DNA of 64,000 nt from Cercozoa sp. M6MM (Eukaryota; Protista; Endomyxa: Ascetosporea). Location of the stretch: NCBI GenBank assembly GCA_040357565.1, contig JBDODJ010000001.1, one strand, 5' to 3'. Both the position numbers and the translations under genes were made by a program. Below the pieces are notes generated by a model that worked only from the letters and a program-made list of their open reading frames with translations, did not search any database and had not been told where the DNA came from. Shown one piece after another: positions 14,401 through 26,284 of this stretch (positions within the stretch are counted from its first letter, which is position 1; each line of letters begins with the position of its first letter).

Positions 14401-16040
14401 TGCCGGGATCATGGATGCATTGTACAGTACAAGCTTACGACGAACGCCGATCATTTTGCTTTCGTGCGCAACTCGGTCTTGCTCTGCTTGCAACGCTCGT
14501 TCTTGTTCGGTGGTGTCACTCGATTCTGGATTCACTGCGCTCTCAACCCGTGCACAGGCCTCGCCAACTAACTGTTCAGGCAGAATAGACAGCTCACGTC
14601 TTCTCTCGGCAGCAACGCGTTTTGCTGTGTGCACTCTTCTTCGTATGGCAGAGAGAATACTGTCAGCTTCCGCAGCTGCAATGCTCGGATCCGGGAGCTT
14701 TCTCACTAGATGCTCGACAGTTTCTTGGTACTCCTTCAGTCTAAATATATTGAAAGTTCGATGATGTTATGTTGAGTGAGCACGAGAAATTTAAATATCA
14801 GTCGAAAATCTTACGATTCGGCAGCCCTTTCAACTTGTCGTTGCGGTCGCCACGCTTTCCAGTCCAGAAACTCGTCGCTGCTCGCGTTCGAAGACGGCAC
14901 GGACTCGCCCCTATGGGTCGAGTTCTCTTCAGACGCTTGACTCTCGGCGTGCTCTTCTTCGATGAGGTTTTCTCCGTCTGGCTCCTCTGCGACAGCGCCG
15001 TGCTCGTCCGCTGGTACTTGAAGAGCTGACACAACAGTCTCAAACTTCGTCGTTTCATTCAAGAATTCACCCGTTTTTCTCGTCTCAGCTGCCTTTCGCT
15101 TTGCTCCTCGGTTTTGGTAGAACCTGCAGTAAAATAATTTACCTGTAAGTAAAACACCCTGTGAACAAACTCGAATCACGGTTGCGAAAGACAGTCAAAG
15201 GAGGTGCGATTCAGAATGGAAGAACATGCCTTTCTTCCCACTTTACGTCCGCCTGCATTGCTTTGTGTCTTCGGTGGATATTGTTTTTCCACTTGGTGTG
15301 GCCAATTTCCGACGCTTTTTGCACTTGCGCGCGCTTGAAACTTCGGCGAGAAAGCTCCCCCACGCGAAAATCGCGTCGCTTTTGAAGAAGATTTGCTCTA
15401 TCTTGCTGCTTTCCTTGCAAGCGGTACTTCTCGAGGTCGATTCGGTTTTGGAAGAACTGCCGGAACATCGCGTCTTCCTATTCGCGAACGGAGTTGAAAT
15501 CAGCCAATGTTAATCATTTCTGTTGTGAGGAAGAATGCCTTTTGCTTCTTAATGCTCGCGCGATGCTCTTGTGCAGCTTTCAGTGCGAGAGTTCGAACCA
15601 TCCGCGACTGCAGCTCATCGTACGATGGTTTAGCTGTTGTCAAGTCTGCTTGACCGCGATCAGTACACATGCGCTTGATGGCAAACACTAACTTCTCTGT
15701 CTTTGCCGAGTCCCCAGCGATGATGCGGGAGACATCATGCTCCAGCTGCTCCGCCAAGCCGGTTGAGACCCGACGGAGGACGAGTTGCAACAGCTGAAAG
15801 TTGGTGGCCACCGCCAAAGGTGCATCATCATTTTGAAAGCGCTCAAGTTGGGACTCGGACAGTAAGTTGGCCGAACAAAGGAGTTTCGCAAAGCCATACC
15901 TGCTCGGTACAACATCTCTCAGTTCAACTTGAAAAACCTGGCGGGTGCGCGGTTCGTTACCCGTTTTGGTAGCTAAGCGTCTCAAGACCCTCGCTTGGAG
16001 GAAAATTGCTCGCAGGGAAGGTGGCAGCTGTGGCTGTCAT
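11420..16040 (-). CDS. SPEF2: Sperm flagellar protein 2-like (central-pair protein; N-terminal CH-like domain, adenylate-kinase-like domain)
   Basis: N-terminal YGFAKLLCSANLLSESQLERFQNDDAPLAVATNFQLLQLVLRRV...IIAGDSAKTEKLVFAIK matches the SPEF2/CPC1 CH-like pattern. It is followed by charged coiled coils and a degenerate P-loop kinase segment LRLCFFGKDSQRSRHVAELACSKYGLKLLKIEDML. Long exons correspond to ORFs 15500-15985, 13517-14356, 12936-13544, 12061-12918 and 11420-11956. Confidence 0.7.
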
Positions 16041-16190
16041 TACCTCTATGGCGGTTTACACGTCACAAGCAAGGAAAAGACGAGATGAATTTTGTCTCAT
16101 TTCCCATTGACAAAGAAACGCTATAGTCGACTTCTGTTCTTTGGACTTCCACAAACATATATCTTGATTTTAGAGCATGTCTGCTGCTAG

Positions 16191-19100
16191 ATGTCAAGTG
16201 CAGCAAACTGGCTGACGGGAGTTGCTCTACACGAAACCGAAGAGCTGGCCGCTGTCGCGGCCAGATGCGCAGTTGGTATCGAAAAGAGTGAAAATTGGAT
16301 TGATCATTATTTACTGATTTTCCGCAACCAAAGTATACCTTTTCGTTTTGATGAAGAGTTTGTCCCCCTCGACCGCGTCATAGAGCAATGTAAGTCAGAG
16401 AAGTTTATGCGATTCAGCAATGTTAATAGAAGTAAATTTTAGTTTCGCGGGATCGAGCTGCCGTGAGCGACCGATTGCGAGAAATATCTCTCACGCGAGC
16501 AGCATGGCAGGATCGGCTCGAACGAGTGTACCAGCAAAAAGTCGCATTGCTAAACCAAAAGGGGGAGCACCTCCGACGAGCCCTTCAAGCACAAACTCTA
16601 AGACTGCGCCGCGCCCGCGAAGAAACGAGAAAGCGTCAAACACAGGTCGAAACGCTTGAAAAAAAGCTCGACGAATTTCGCGCTCATCGAGGAGGAATCC
16701 CATCAGTGCAGAGAGCACCAAGCTTGAAACTTCATCTCTCAACCACAGAAACAACAGCAAGTAATACATCGACGCCGAGAACTGAAGCGACTCACATAGG
16801 CGAATGGTCAACAGAGCGGCTGAAAGCAGAAAAGCAATCGGTTAAGCTGCAGTTACGTGCATGGGAGGCACAGTTCATCGATGAACGCGGCGTCAGTCCG
16901 AGGAAGCGGGATATGCCCACAGATATCAAGGCGCTATACAAGAGACACGGTGACCTCCGAGCTGAGTTGGATCGACGAGTTACAGAAGAAGCTGCTCTCG
17001 CATCACCGAAGAAAGACCTGGACTTAGAGGCAGTTGAGCGAAAGTTTGAGGAAATCGAACACCGAGAATTCATCCCTAAAGCCGAGCAAAACGTCGCTGC
17101 CAATGGAAAAGAAAATCCAACAAAGGGAGAGGAAATCAGGTTGCGAGAGAGCGCGAAAGCACGAGCTGCCCTCGAGGCTCGGATACAGGAACAGAGTCAG
17201 CAAATCGAAATGTTGCGAAAGCAGCACGAGCAAGAAGTCGCAAGGATACGCGGCGACTCTGTTCGACCAGAAGAAACTGCAGCAAATCCAAAGGTGGAAA
17301 CGACGAAAACAAGCCAAAGTATCGCATCGGAAATACCGCAACCCACCGAAATTGAGTCCTTTCGAGCCGAAGCTGTCCAACACATACAACTACTGGAGAA
17401 AGACATACAGCAACTGCGCACGAAGCTTCAAGACGCTGAACAGAATTCGCTCATCAAAGAACAAGAGCTCGCTTCCTTGCGGCGGATGGCACAGCAAAAA
17501 GCCCCTGAATCGGAAGCGGCAACGGGAGGTACCAGCGAAGGGCACCGACAAGTTGTTTCCGAGCTTCAGGCGGCCCGAGAAGAGTTGCAGGCGAAAGAGA
17601 CAGAGGTTTCATTGTTGAAGCAAGAAATTGCCGCTGTCCAGAGCGCAGCCGCAGAGCGGGACAGAGCGTTGGCAGAACTGCAGGAAGCAAGCACAAAGGG
17701 TGAAGCTGATTTGATGAAAAGGCAGCAGGAGATGCAAGACCAAATCGAAGCTCTGGAGTTTAAGTTAGCCGAACAAGAGCAACACACTATGGAGGCAACG
17801 GCGGCAGCTCAACTAGAACAACGAAAATCGCACGAAGATCTCGAAGCAGCTCTTGCAGAGCTCGAGGAACTAAAGACTGCGAATGAGCAGCTGCTCGAAG
17901 ATGCCGGTGATGCCCAAGCACTCCGCGAGAAGGCAACGAGACTCGAAGAAGAGCACAGCAAAGCAATCGCGCGTGCTGAAGAGGTCGACGAACTACTTCG
18001 GCGCGAACAATTAATACGAAAAAAACTAAGAAACGAGATCGAAGAGTTGAAGGGCGCAATTCGTGTGTACGCGAGGTGTCGACCGATGAACTCTTCCGAA
18101 CGCGAGCGAAATGACAAAATTTGTGTCCTGTTCCCCGATCAGTTCACGATCGGACTAATTCGACAGACGAACGGAAAACAAGCTACCAAGCAGTTCGAAT
18201 TCGACCACGTGTTCAGCGAGGACATCAATGGCAGTCAAGACAGTGTATTTGAGGAAACCCGAGGACTTGCGCAGTCGGCCTGCGATGGCTTTAATGTGTG
18301 CATCTTTGCCTATGGCCAAACAGGCTCTGGAAAGACATTTACGATGGCAGGTGGGGCTGTTTTTAAACTTAAATAGATTTCATGGGGAAGTTTTGGGAGT
18401 GCAATCACAAAGACACAAAGATAAAAATCGTTGAGAGATTTTTTCTTTGTGCAGGCACACCGGAAGAGCCTGGATTAAAACCCCGGTTCGTGCGCGAGTT
18501 GTTTAAAATCGCACGTCGCGAATCCAAGACCTTCGAGTACAAGTTTAGTGCGATGCTGCTAGAAATCTACCTCAATGTTCTTGGCGATTTGTTTCTCCGC
18601 TCGTCTGACCCTCACGCCGAGCAATCCAAACTGGTTCCTCGTCTCGACAGAAAAGGAGTGGTCCAAGTTCCTGGCGCGGAAATTCGCGAGTTCGACACCG
18701 CCGAAGCAATGCTGCAGGGGGTGGATGAAGCCGAGTCATTCCGAAAGGTGGGAGCGACGAAGATGAATGCCGAAAGCTCTCGTTCACACCTGCTCTTTAG
18801 TATCATTATCGAGAAACTGGACAAACGAGACGGTACAATGGCAGCAGTTTCACACATTTTTGGAGATTTTAGGGAAAGTACATATATAGCCATGTTGTGG
18901 ACAGGCAAAATAATCCGAGGTAAACTCACTCTTGTCGACCTCGCAGGAAGCGAGTCAGTGAAGAAAACCGGTGCCACAAAGGAGCGACTCAAAGAAGCAA
19001 TGGCCATCAACAAGTCGGTGAGTTGGTCGATTTTAAATCATGTGATAAAATGCACGTCCATTATTTGTGTGTCCACAGCTTTCGTGTTTGGGCAACGTGA

Positions 19101-19462
19101 TCAACAAACTATCGACCAATGCAAAGTTCGTACCCTATCGAGACCACGTTTTGACGCAGCTTATGCAAGACAGTCTTGGCGGATCTGCAAAGTACTCACG
19201 ATTTTCCGCTATCCAATGTAACATTCCTGCATTGTATAGAACATTGATGTTCGTCAATCTCTCTCCGAGCGAGTACAACTACGATGAGTCGAGCTCGTCG
19301 CTAACGTACGCGAGTCTCGTCAAGACAATCACAAACAACTCAAAGCAGGATATTGAAAGCAAGGAGGTCACTCGTCTCAAGGCAATAATCAAGAAGCTGC
19401 GTCTTGGCCAAGTTGTTGACGATGATTGGGATCCTGAGGAAGAGAGATCCGCCGCTGCTTGA
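16191..19462 (+). CDS. Kinesin-14 (C-terminal motor) with long coiled-coil stalk
   Basis: Neck RKKLRNEIEELKGAIRVYARCRP, P-loop FAYGQTGSGKT, switch I MNAESSRSH, switch II LVDLAGSE, then AINKSLSCLG, VPYRD and LMQDSLGG after removing short GT-AG introns. Stop TGA at 19460-19462. Confidence 0.92.
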
Positions 19463-19737
19463 GTTGATTTCTATTGTCCGCACAGAACTGAAAATCAATG
19501 CCGCTGCGCAAGAAGATTATACTATGTTTATTTAACTCCTAATTAAGACTATTATAAGAATAGTGTATGTTATCGCGGTCATATGCTCTAACTATCAGGC
19601 ACACAGTTGAGTCAGTTTTCGCTGCCATTCTGAACCGATTTTACACCGTGACTGGTATTCTTTGTGTTGAGTAACTTTATGGAGCGATTTAAACCCTTCC
19701 GCGTTACGTATTGGAGTTCTTGTGGTGGAGTCAGTAT

Positions 19738-19820
19738 TTTGCTGTAAGTCGAACGAGAGCGAACAATAAGTTAACAAGCCACACTTCCTGTTTGCTGTAA
19801 GTCGAACGAGAGCGAACAAT
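19738..19820. repeat. 30-bp perfect direct repeat, two copies with a 23-bp spacer
   Basis: TTTGCTGTAAGTCGAACGAGAGCGAACAAT at 19738-19767 and 19791-19820. Confidence 0.85.
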
Positions 19821-20300
19821 TATTTCAAGGATCTCGCATGAGCGACAGGAACTCTGCAGCGCGCTGCGAAGAGTTCTATCTCAAAACCACCATACAACAA
19901 CATGATCAGGTTCTTTGGCGAAGAAAAGATACCGAGCTGTTGGCGATCGGTGTGACGTCTATGTTAATGTCTGGCAAGACTCCGTCACGCTCAAACGGCT
20001 TCCGCTGTCAAAAGTAACCATCCTATCAAATAAAACACGTTAAATGTTAATACCTCGAACCGAAGGGGATCCTCATCATGCGAGTGCGACGTCGAATGCG
20101 AATCCGAATTGATTTCCTATCATCGTAAAGATACCAACTAAGAGCGTTCGTGGATACACTCAAGTGAAAATTACGTCTAGCTCATCACGGGAACGCGAAC
20201 GACGGAAAAGCCGCTTCTTTTTTCGTTTCTTTCGCTACATCAAAATGGGTATCGAGTGTATCGATACCTGCCTACATCAGGGGTTTTGAGGAATCTAAAA

Positions 20301-22164
20301 TTACAGAGTTAGACGATGGGCCGTGGCGACGCGACTGAAGCCAAGAGCGAAGCAAACGAGGCGACAAGCGACTCTTCCACCGCTATGACATGACCGCTCA
20401 CAAACTTTCATAGTAATGAAAAATTCTCTATTCTGTCCGGAGACAAAACGTACGGTGCTTGAGGATGCAGACACCTCCGTGGAAGGAGAGCTTCTCTTTT
20501 CTTTTGTCTGTGGATTCTGTTGTTTAGGTTCCTCAGAGGTAATTTTGCCTTCTTCCCTGCAAGGCAAATTCAGCAGAAGGGGACAAAAGGTTGTTGACTT
20601 TACAGGAGACAAACGTACAAAATAACACGCATTATAGCGCCGGCAGGAGGCGAGGGTGATCGCACGCGGTCTTTGAACACTGACATAGGATCGTCCAAGA
20701 AGTTGAACCTCTCGGCCACAGCAGGATCGCTGAGTCGACCGAGGGGCGGCGAGGGTGTTCGTGTCACCTGCAAGTCGGCGACTCTTGACGTGATGTGTTC
20801 CACATCGTGCAGCGGAACAACACTTTCCTCTTCGGACAAAGATGCTGAGAGATCTAATTCGTTGGAGCTGCTGTTGTCGGCGACTCTGTTGGAGTCGTTT
20901 TTGCTGTTGAAATTGCCGTTTTCCTTCGAAACGAGACGAGGAAGCGCAGTGTCGTCAAAGATATCAACCATATCGCCGGAGTTTTCGCGGTTGTGCCGGC
21001 GTTTCTCGGATGTCATCAATTCGACTACAAAAGGCACGAAGGGGAACATCCGCGTAGAATTATTGTGTTCACCTGCACAGGTGCCAGTTCAAAGATTTTT
21101 ACACAGGTGCGAATCGTCGTGACGCATCAAGGCGATCTGCACACGACGCATGCGACGAAGTGAATTGCGCGTGAGCTTTTTGCGACGACGACACGCATGC
21201 AGCGCTGTTCGCAAGTTTTCTTGTGCCATTGCCTGCAGAAAATGGGGTATCGCGTTGCACGATGAATCTACCGAAACATGTACCTTAGTCAGCATGGGTG
21301 AGTGCTGATACATGGAGTTTTTCGCATCGCTGATTTCGTGATAGCGTTGGGCACAAACCATTGAGACTGCTTGAACCGAGCGCACAACTTTGTTCTCCAA
21401 CAGCACAAGTCGCAATTTATCACATCGTCGTTGTCTTTCTCGCTGAGAAATTGTACCTTTATCATATGAAAACAGCGTTCTCGGGCTGTAAAATAAAGCC
21501 ACCTTTGGAAGATTCAAGAAGCGTTGTCTTTTGTGCTGCACTATCTCGTGCACTTCCTGGGTGAAAACCGAAATGGAGACATCACAGGCCACGTTTACAA
21601 TGGCTGAGATACCTTGGCAGCGTTGTAGACAAAAAGAAAGACATCTGATCCACAACACGGCTGCATACGCATGCGTACACACTCGGCAACACAGAGGTCG
21701 ACGTCATTTTGAGTCGCAAACCCATGCAGTCGGTCATCGAAGTGGTTCCACGGTGCGAGCAATTGCTCGACCGTTTCGCTTCTACGGTAAATTTATAAGG
21801 CAAGACTCTATACAGTGCGTATGCTATTAAATATAGTTCCGATTATAAGTTTAGGCGGATACGTTGCTTCGTGCAATTGGCGACGTCGTTTTCGCTCTCG
21901 CGCACTTCTTCGACGTTGCAGGGTTTTGACTGTATAAATGTACCAGTGAATCGAATGCTACCGCACTCGACGCAAAAATATCGGAGGAATGCTACCATGT
22001 TGTCTGCGATCATCGTCGTTTTCGGTGTGAGGTTGCACGTGCCTGCGCGAAATGTCGTGATCCTGTTGCATGTGCACAACAGGACGCGAACGAATCGTTA
22101 GCGAGAGAGCACCAGCGTCCAGAAGCTCGCGTCTCAGCATTTTCGGAGACGGCGAGCGAGACAT
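20301..22164 (-). CDS. Hypothetical multi-exon basic/Ser-rich protein (3' end uncertain, may extend to about 19.9 kb)
   Basis: ATG at 22164 (MSRSPSPK...). Successive minus-strand ORFs 21089-21682, 20600-21049 and 20301-20612 can be joined by GT-AG introns. No recognisable domain. Confidence 0.45.
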
Positions 22165-22523
22165 TGGCCGCTTTAGTGAGCCTGAATCAAGCTCAATTTC
22201 CGATTTCAGTTTAACGAGGTAGTAAAACTCGTCAGTTCAGCTCAGTCAGACAAGGGATACCAAGTTACCGATAAGTGGAAGTTTATTGAAGTGACTTTAG
22301 AGGATGGAATCTCGACTAAAATCTGAATTGAACGAACCTCCGACACTGACTTTTAAACTTAGTTGCAGAAACGTGGCAGGATTGTCTCGGCGTTTTCGCC
22401 CCCAATTTATTTTACACAGGTTAACTGCAGAAGTTTGCGGAACAGGCGCTGCCGCGTCGCGTACCGTAACAATAACAGTCATATTTTACTGTACAAGTTA
22501 CTGAAGTCTAAACTTAGATCTGC

Positions 22524-25500
22524 TCAGCTCATAAAAAGAGAGCTAAATTTAGTGTTCGCCTCACTCGGCGAAGGCGGTACATCTCGGACCAAAGCTGCAA
22601 TGTACGCGCCTCGAAACATGTTGAAAGCAAACTGTAGCATGTTTTCGCGCTGTCTGCTGTGGATTAGACTACCACCGTGAGATACAAAAGTTCAGCAAAT
22701 TCTTAGACTCATAACGCTCTAAAGCAATGGTACTGTACCTTTCGAGCCCTCTATACAAGCCCACGCAGGCGCTTTGTACCGACCAACGCAGCTGTGATGT
22801 AGTGACGATGGTAAACTTACATGTGCTGTATTTGCTTCTCGGTAAATATAGAGATCGCATACCACAGTGCGTCGGAGAGTTCGCCGTCGAGAGCTTTGAC
22901 TACTCAAGTGTGTCCTGTGGTACTGTATGGTTTGCACAAGCTTCCGCCAAGCTCGCAAGTTGTGTTGGCGTCGAAAGATGGACGCGTTCCTTTTCAGTTG
23001 GGCTTCTGTACGCCAGGACACGAATCTTTGGGTCCGAGCCTGTCGACTTCGCCGAGTGCGAACAGATTCACCTCGTTTCACTGCAACCAGGGCTCGCACC
23101 CAACTCGAAAAACAGCGTGACTTTCTTCTTCGTGATAGCAAAACTTGGCAGTGAGTCCGCCGCTGCGAAAGCTGTCGGCGAGACCATCTTTTCCACCAAA
23201 TTAAGGCGTTGCGTCGTGATTCATCGGGCACTTCGACCTTCGCATACATTTGCTGTACAAGGACTCGCCACATATGAAAAGCTGCGTAGAGGTGACGGCT
23301 TTCGCTGTGCAAAGAAAACGGCTAGTGAACGTACTCATCGTGCTTCATGCTTTTTACCTCACAACGACGTGGTACTGCAGACACGCAGATGTCAGCGTTT
23401 TAATGCGCCTCGATGCAAGAACAGCTGCGAAGAACTTGTTAAGTAGTTTGTTCTTGCTTGCGTGACCGACTAGCACAGAGTTTTTGCTGAGTAAAGACGC
23501 GTGCGACCAAAGACTCCGAACGCTCATTCGAAGCGACGATCGTCGTACATAAGATTGCACACATCGTGTTTGCTGCCACGTGGTCACACATTGTCTGAGC
23601 AATCGCAGGCGCTTCCTTTGGTCAGCATGCGCGAGCATGGCACGTCGAGAACGCGAAGCTGCGGTGCTGTCCCGCCATCGCAGTAGTGCAAGTCGCTTCA
23701 CGGACTTGAATGTCAGGGTGCGATCGCAACGCTTCACCCAGACCGAAAAGTGCAATCGTAGCCTACAAAGCCCCCTCCGTCTCATGGAGCACACCTGCGC
23801 GATTCGAAGAGTCTTTGCGATTTTTTGCCAGCTGCGAAGAGTGCAAACTGCTCGAAGCACCCGAGCGAAGATAACCTGTCGGCTTAGCTCGTCTGCTGTG
23901 TTCGCGATTCGCTTCTTTCGACGAGCTTGCTGTTGCCACAACAGCATGGAACGTCTCTTCACATGTTTGTCCGCACGTTTTTGCAGCGTTGCTGAGTGTA
24001 GTTTGTGCAACAACAGCAGTCGAATATTGTTCCATGCAGCTCGTGTTGCGACGCACCGTTTCCTTCGCATCTATCAAAAATCTTGCCATTAAAATTGTTC
24101 TCCCCAGCACTTGTTGCGGTAGAATACACTGTACCAAGACAGCTTCCATTGTGGCAAGTTTCCAGACTTTGTACGCGGCGTCTGTCAACCAACATTGCAT
24201 TCGACGCTCGTCGACGGCTTGTCGCAGACCGCGCTTCAGCGACAAAAGGGTTGCAGAATGCCAAGCGCAAAAACTCCTCCTCTTCAGCGTTTGTGAGGAA
24301 TACTTTCGACGGTGGTACGAAAACTCTCGCATGCGAACGATCAGTTTCCATTTGCGGAAAATAACAGCTCCCCTGCCGGATTCGAAGCGCTGCTGTATCA
24401 AAGAAGCAAAGTTGCTTTCTTGAATCCTCAAGGCGGCGGCATGTTTCCATCGAAGAAGTTGCCTTCTCCTCCAAAGCAAAGCCGCACTTCTCATCTCGAG
24501 CCGACGGAGTTGAAGCACTCTCACAGACGTTAACAACGCCAATTCAATTTGCTTTTCCGCACTTATTGCAACTCGATCTGTGCGGATAATTTGTCGTGCT
24601 TAACAGCCCACGGTAAAACTTATACTGAAGGGTGTACGAAGGAGCATTTCTCGGTTGTCCACCTTTTCATCAAACCGGCACTTCCAACGGCAGAACGACT
24701 TTCGCAGACAACGATGCTGAGACGCTTTCATGCACCACTTTTCGAAGATATTCCGAGTGTCGTATTCTCTCCTGGCAGCTGTCATTTGCTGCAAGTGCAG
24801 CCAGCGCATCGCAAATGCTTCGTGGAGGAAGTCTAATCGACACTGATTCGCCAAGATCTGACCGGCAAACAAGCGACACCTTCGTGCATGACAGGTCTTC
24901 GCGAAATATTGAAGTGCGTGTCGCAGCTTTCTCTCGCTTCACAAACCTCTTTATAAAACTAGCACCCACAAAGAAGAAAGAGGCTTTAATTTTACCGCAA
25001 TTCCCGCATCGACCTCGTAGTTTTCAACAACTGAGCCCAGAGAAGGAACAAACGTGCGGTTCGGTTGTTTTTGCTGTGTTGATCGTAGAACGAACTGCAA
25101 GCTCTCCGTGCTGCCTTTAGTCGCAGTGACCGTACCAAGTCTCCACGAGCACTCAGTAAGTACAACTGCCGGAACTGAGTTGCGACGACTGCTTGGTGCA
25201 ACGTCGTCACCACTTCTTTTTGCAGACGCATTTTTCGCGAACACTGGAGATGTACTTGAGCAGAGCGGCATTTCTGGTGCCTGTTTGATGCATTGACCCA
25301 GTTTTTGAAGCATTTCTGTTGCACGATTCGCTGCTGTAAGGACTCCAGCCGGTGGGCATGTTTGTATAGAGTCTTTGCCATCAGAAAGCGTTGCAACCAC
25401 ACAGCAAGGTGACGCGCTGCCAGTCTCCTCAAGCGTACTCCCCGACTTACGAGCCGTTCCCTTCTTCTTCGTGACTTGTGATCCCGCAGCATACAAAGAG

Positions 25501-25873
25501 CCCTGCGACAACGTGCACGCATGCCGACCTGAACGAAGCGAAGTGGGTCAACTTTCAGCAGTGGCATCTGTCGCTTCCACCTTGAGAACGCCGCCTGGCA
25601 AGTTCGCCTCGAGCGTCGCTCGTGATATCGTCGAAGCCGCAGGACCAGAAACGCATCGTCTCCGATGCGAGAGGTGCAATGTCCCTTTCGCAGTTGCGCG
25701 GTTTCAGTTTTGAGACGAAGCGAATGGCGAGACGTGTCACTTTTGAGTGGCGACTCGCCGCTAGCTGATTGGACTGAGAGCTGTAAGCGCGGAATGTAGT
25801 CTCCCTTCAGCTTTGCACCCATAGCGAGAGCACCTATGGCGCCATCGGACTGATAGGTGCGATACTGTTGCAT
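22524..25873 (-). CDS. Sfi1-repeat (centrin-binding) protein-like
   Basis: Arg-rich helical protein with many F/L-x-x-W-K/R repeats (AAFSRWKR, KCFKNWVN, NIFEKWCM, KSFCRWKC, VIFRKWKL, RSFCAWHS, HFSVWVKR, AAFHMWRV, RCFSSWVR). Exons join by canonical introns to the stop at 22524. Confidence 0.65.
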
Positions 25874-26284
25874 AAAAGTTACTTTTTCGGTTCCCCGCGG
25901 ACAGAATAAAATACCACCCCCCCCCCCCTCAGAAAATTACACTTCGGAGACGTGGCCCGCCGGCTGGTCTTTGCTCTGTCGCCAGAGTATTGATTCTTAA
26001 CGGACTAATTTTGATTGCTACAACCTTGACGCCATGGATTTGCGTGTATTTGGAATTTGTTATTTTTCTTTAATCTGTCTAATCGGTGGACAGGACAGGT
26101 ATTTGATGGGCAGAAATACGGAAATTGGGTGGTCAAGTGCAGCGCAGGTGTCGTGTGACGCTCGTGCTGCCGTGCACTGCACTGTACACGTACCGAAACA
26201 TTTGCACTGAAGTCACTAGTACGCTAACGGTAAAACGAAACTGTGCGGTACGCAACGTCAGGTCACGACGCGATCTGTCAGTGA

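Noticed and set aside
19738-19820. Repeat-spacer-repeat resembling a mini CRISPR array
   Set aside because: Only two repeats, eukaryotic intron-rich context and no cas genes.
11420-25873. Stop-codon reassignment or readthrough to explain consecutive broken ORFs
   Set aside because: The breaks I examined are resolved by short introns with correct phase. TAA and TGA end recognisable genes (TGA in kinesin, TAA in C1D).
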